A stretch of 64,000 nt of DNA from an uncultured Bryobacterales bacterium (GTDB lineage Bacteria; Acidobacteriota; Terriglobia; Bryobacterales; UBA6623): assembly GCA_958295955.1 (NCBI GenBank), contig OY282420.1, positions 45,714-109,713 of the forward strand, read 5' to 3'. Below the pieces are notes generated by a model that did no database searches, was not told where the DNA came from, and saw only the letters and a list, made by a program, of their open reading frames with translations. The translations under genes were made by a program, and so were the position numbers. Position 1 is the first letter of the stretch. Each line of letters begins with the position of its first letter. Below, in pieces: positions 62,362 to 64,000 of this stretch.

Positions 62362-63777
62362 CTATGCAAGCACCTCTTCGACCACGCGCCCGTGAACGTC
62401 CGTCAGCCGGAAGTTCCTGCCTTGGAAGCGGTACGTCAGCTTCTTGTGGTCGATGCCGAACAGGTGCATTATCGTGGCGTGCAAGTCGTGGACGTGAACG
62501 ATATTTTCCACCGCGTTGTAGCCGAGCTCGTCCGTCGCGCCCCAGCCGCCGCCGCCCTTGACGCCGCCGCCGGCCATCCACATCGAAAAGCCTTTGATGT
62601 GATGATCGCGGCCGGCGGTTTCGCGGCTGCCCTGTGACATCGGCGTGCGCCCGAACTCGCCGCACCAGACGACCAGCGTGTCTTCGAGCATCCCGCGCTG
62701 CTTGAGGTCTTTGACCAGGGCCGCCGAGCCGCGGTCGACGTAGCCGGCCGTCTCGACGATGCCCTTCTTGATGCTGCCGTGGTGGTCCCAGCCGCGGTGG
62801 TAGAGATGGATGAAACGCACGCCGCGTTCCGCCAAACGCCGTGCCAGCAAGCAGTTCGCCGCGAAACTTCCGTCCCCGCCGCCGGTTCCGTACAAGTCGC
62901 GAACGTGCTGCGGCTCGTTTGAGAAGTCAACCAGTTCCGGCACGCTCATCTGCATCCGAAAGGCCAGCTCGTACTGCGCAATGCGCGTTTCGATCTCCGG
63001 GTCGTTGACCATGCCGCCTTGCAGGCGGTTCAACTCGGCAACGCTGCCGATCAAATCGCCCTGCATTTTATTGTCCACGCCCGGCGGGTTGCGCACGTAG
63101 GCCACGGGGTCGCCGAAGGAGTTGAACTTCACTCCCTGATAGCGGCTCGGCAGAAACCCCGAATGCCATTGCCGCGCGGCGATCGGCTGCGCCTGGCCGC
63201 CGCCCTCCGAGGTAAGCACGACAAAACCCGGCAGATCGTCGGATTCGCTGCCCAAGCCGTAGTTGAGCCAGGCGCCCATGCTCGGCCGGCCGGCGATGCC
63301 CGTTCCCGTGTTCATGAACGTGTGCGCCGTGTCGTGGTTGATGTGCTCGGTCTTCATCGAGCGGACGATGCAGATGTCGTCGGCGATCGCGCCGATATGC
63401 GGCAGCAGAACGGACATGCGCTGCCCGGATTTTCCGTAGCGCGTAAACGGGTGCTGCGGTCCGAGCACGCGCAACTCCTTGCCCTGCAACTGGGCGATTT
63501 GCTGCCCCTTGGTGAACGATTCGGGCATCGCCTCGCCGTCGTGTTCGGCCAACTCCGGCTTGTAGTCGAACAATTCCAGATGCGAAGGCCCGCCGGCCAT
63601 GCACAGCCAGATCACCCGCTTGATCTTCGGCGCGTAGTTGGGGAAACCCGGAACCGCCGATTTCGCGGCGAACAATTCCGGACGCAGCAGCGAAGCCAGT
63701 CCGAAAGCGCCCATGCCCATCGACGCCCGCCCCAGGAACGCGCGCCGGGGCATTGCCTGCATCGTCTTTTTCACCAT
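62362..63777 (-). CDS. DUF1501 family protein (sulfatase-like fold) with Tat-type signal
   Basis: MPRRAFLGRASMGMGAFGLASLL. GGPSHLELFDYKP, DHH and GGG blocks typical of DUF1501. Stop lies 34 nt upstream of the mutL ATG. Confidence 0.8.
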   Translation of the reverse strand: MVKKTMQAMPRRAFLGRASMGMGAFGLASLLRPELFAAKSAVPGFPNYAPKIKRVIWLCMAGGPSHLELFDYKPELAEHDGEAMPESFTKGQQIAQLQGKELRVLGPQHPFTRYGKSGQRMSVLLPHIGAIADDICIVRSMKTEHINHDTAHTFMNTGTGIAGRPSMGAWLNYGLGSESDDLPGFVVLTSEGGGQAQPIAARQWHSGFLPSRYQGVKFNSFGDPVAYVRNPPGVDNKMQGDLIGSVAELNRLQGGMVNDPEIETRIAQYELAFRMQMSVPELVDFSNEPQHVRDLYGTGGGDGSFAANCLLARRLAERGVRFIHLYHRGWDHHGSIKKGIVETAGYVDRGSAALVKDLKQRGMLEDTLVVWCGEFGRTPMSQGSRETAGRDHHIKGFSMWMAGGGVKGGGGWGATDELGYNAVENIVHVHDLHATIMHLFGIDHKKLTYRFQGRNFRLTDVHGRVVEEVLA

Positions 63778-63786
63778 CGCTCCAAC

Positions 63787-64000
63787 TCAGTAGCGCATGA
63801 CAAATTCATGCTTGTTCATCAGGGCGCGGGCAACCGTCGTCCAGGCAGCCGCTTCGACGCGGTCCACACCCGGCGCCGGGTCGGAATCGCCGACCGCGAG
63901 CAGTTCCGCGGCCCGGCCGGGGTCCGCCCGGAAATCCCGGCGGGCTTGCGCCAGCAGCTTCGCAACCACCGCGCTTTCTTCCGGCACAGGCTCTCGCGAG
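63787..64000 (-). CDS. C-terminal end of a DUF1553-type (PSD1) protein, partial (runs off the window)
   Basis: ..VEAAAWTTVARALMNKHEFVMRY-stop resembles the conserved C-terminus of DUF1553 proteins, and it sits in the canonical position immediately upstream of a DUF1501 gene. Confidence 0.55.
   Translation of the reverse strand, partial: SREPVPEESAVVAKLLAQARRDFRADPGRAAELLAVGDSDPAPGVDRVEAAAWTTVARALMNKHEFVMRY

Noticed and set aside
1-64000. Prophage, integrative element, toxin-antitoxin pairs, restriction-modification or other classical defence-island content.
   Set aside because: No integrase, recombinase, transposase, capsid/terminase, methyltransferase or small paired toxin/antitoxin ORFs were recognised in any frame. 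Apart from the HerA-like pair, the window reads as core chromosome.

Overview
High-GC bacterial chromosomal segment (roughly 60-65% GC by eye, not computed). It is densely packed with about 50 protein-coding genes on both strands. I recognise no rRNA, tRNA, tmRNA, CRISPR array, transposase, integrase or phage structural gene. The ORF track uses GTG/TTG as well as ATG starts and always takes the longest ORF, so many listed N-termini are over-extended; I re-set starts where a conserved N-terminus, signal peptide or RBS made this possible. The many long Arg/Ala/Gly-rich ORFs antisense to recognisable genes are GC artefacts. Inferred origin is Acidobacteriota (Solibacter/Bryobacter-like). This rests on a TIGR03437-type Solibacter C-terminal domain on a giant secreted protein, DUF1553/DUF1501 and PSCyt/DUF1592-type genes, and many Tat-signal oxidoreductases. 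Housekeeping genes: ltaE, smpB, lysA, pyc, anmK, lepA, coaBC, a family-4 UDG, mutL and modABC. Periplasmic carbohydrate or sulfated-glycan enzymes: a sulfatase, a TIM-barrel isomerase, Gfo/Idh/MocA, enolase-superfamily dehydratases and an aldo/keto reductase. Envelope genes: a secretin with two GspG-like pseudopilins, a Wzm/Wzt exporter, and a GT2 synthase with a GT-C membrane protein. The best candidate for an under-described system is a self-contained two-gene NurA-like / HerA-like ATPase module (50198-53520), whose ATPase carries an unusual C-terminal HTH-like tail. Other points of interest: a DeoC homologue whose Schiff-base lysine codon reads Thr; a truncated phosphatase-like gene remnant carrying an in-frame 84-bp duplication with 10-bp tandem repeats; a secretin with a C-terminal cohesin-like domain; a cysM-JAMM pair with no adjacent sulfur-carrier gene; and a perfect 30-bp palindrome between convergent genes. 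None of these is proven novel from sequence alone, and all homology statements come from motif recognition by eye, not database searches.
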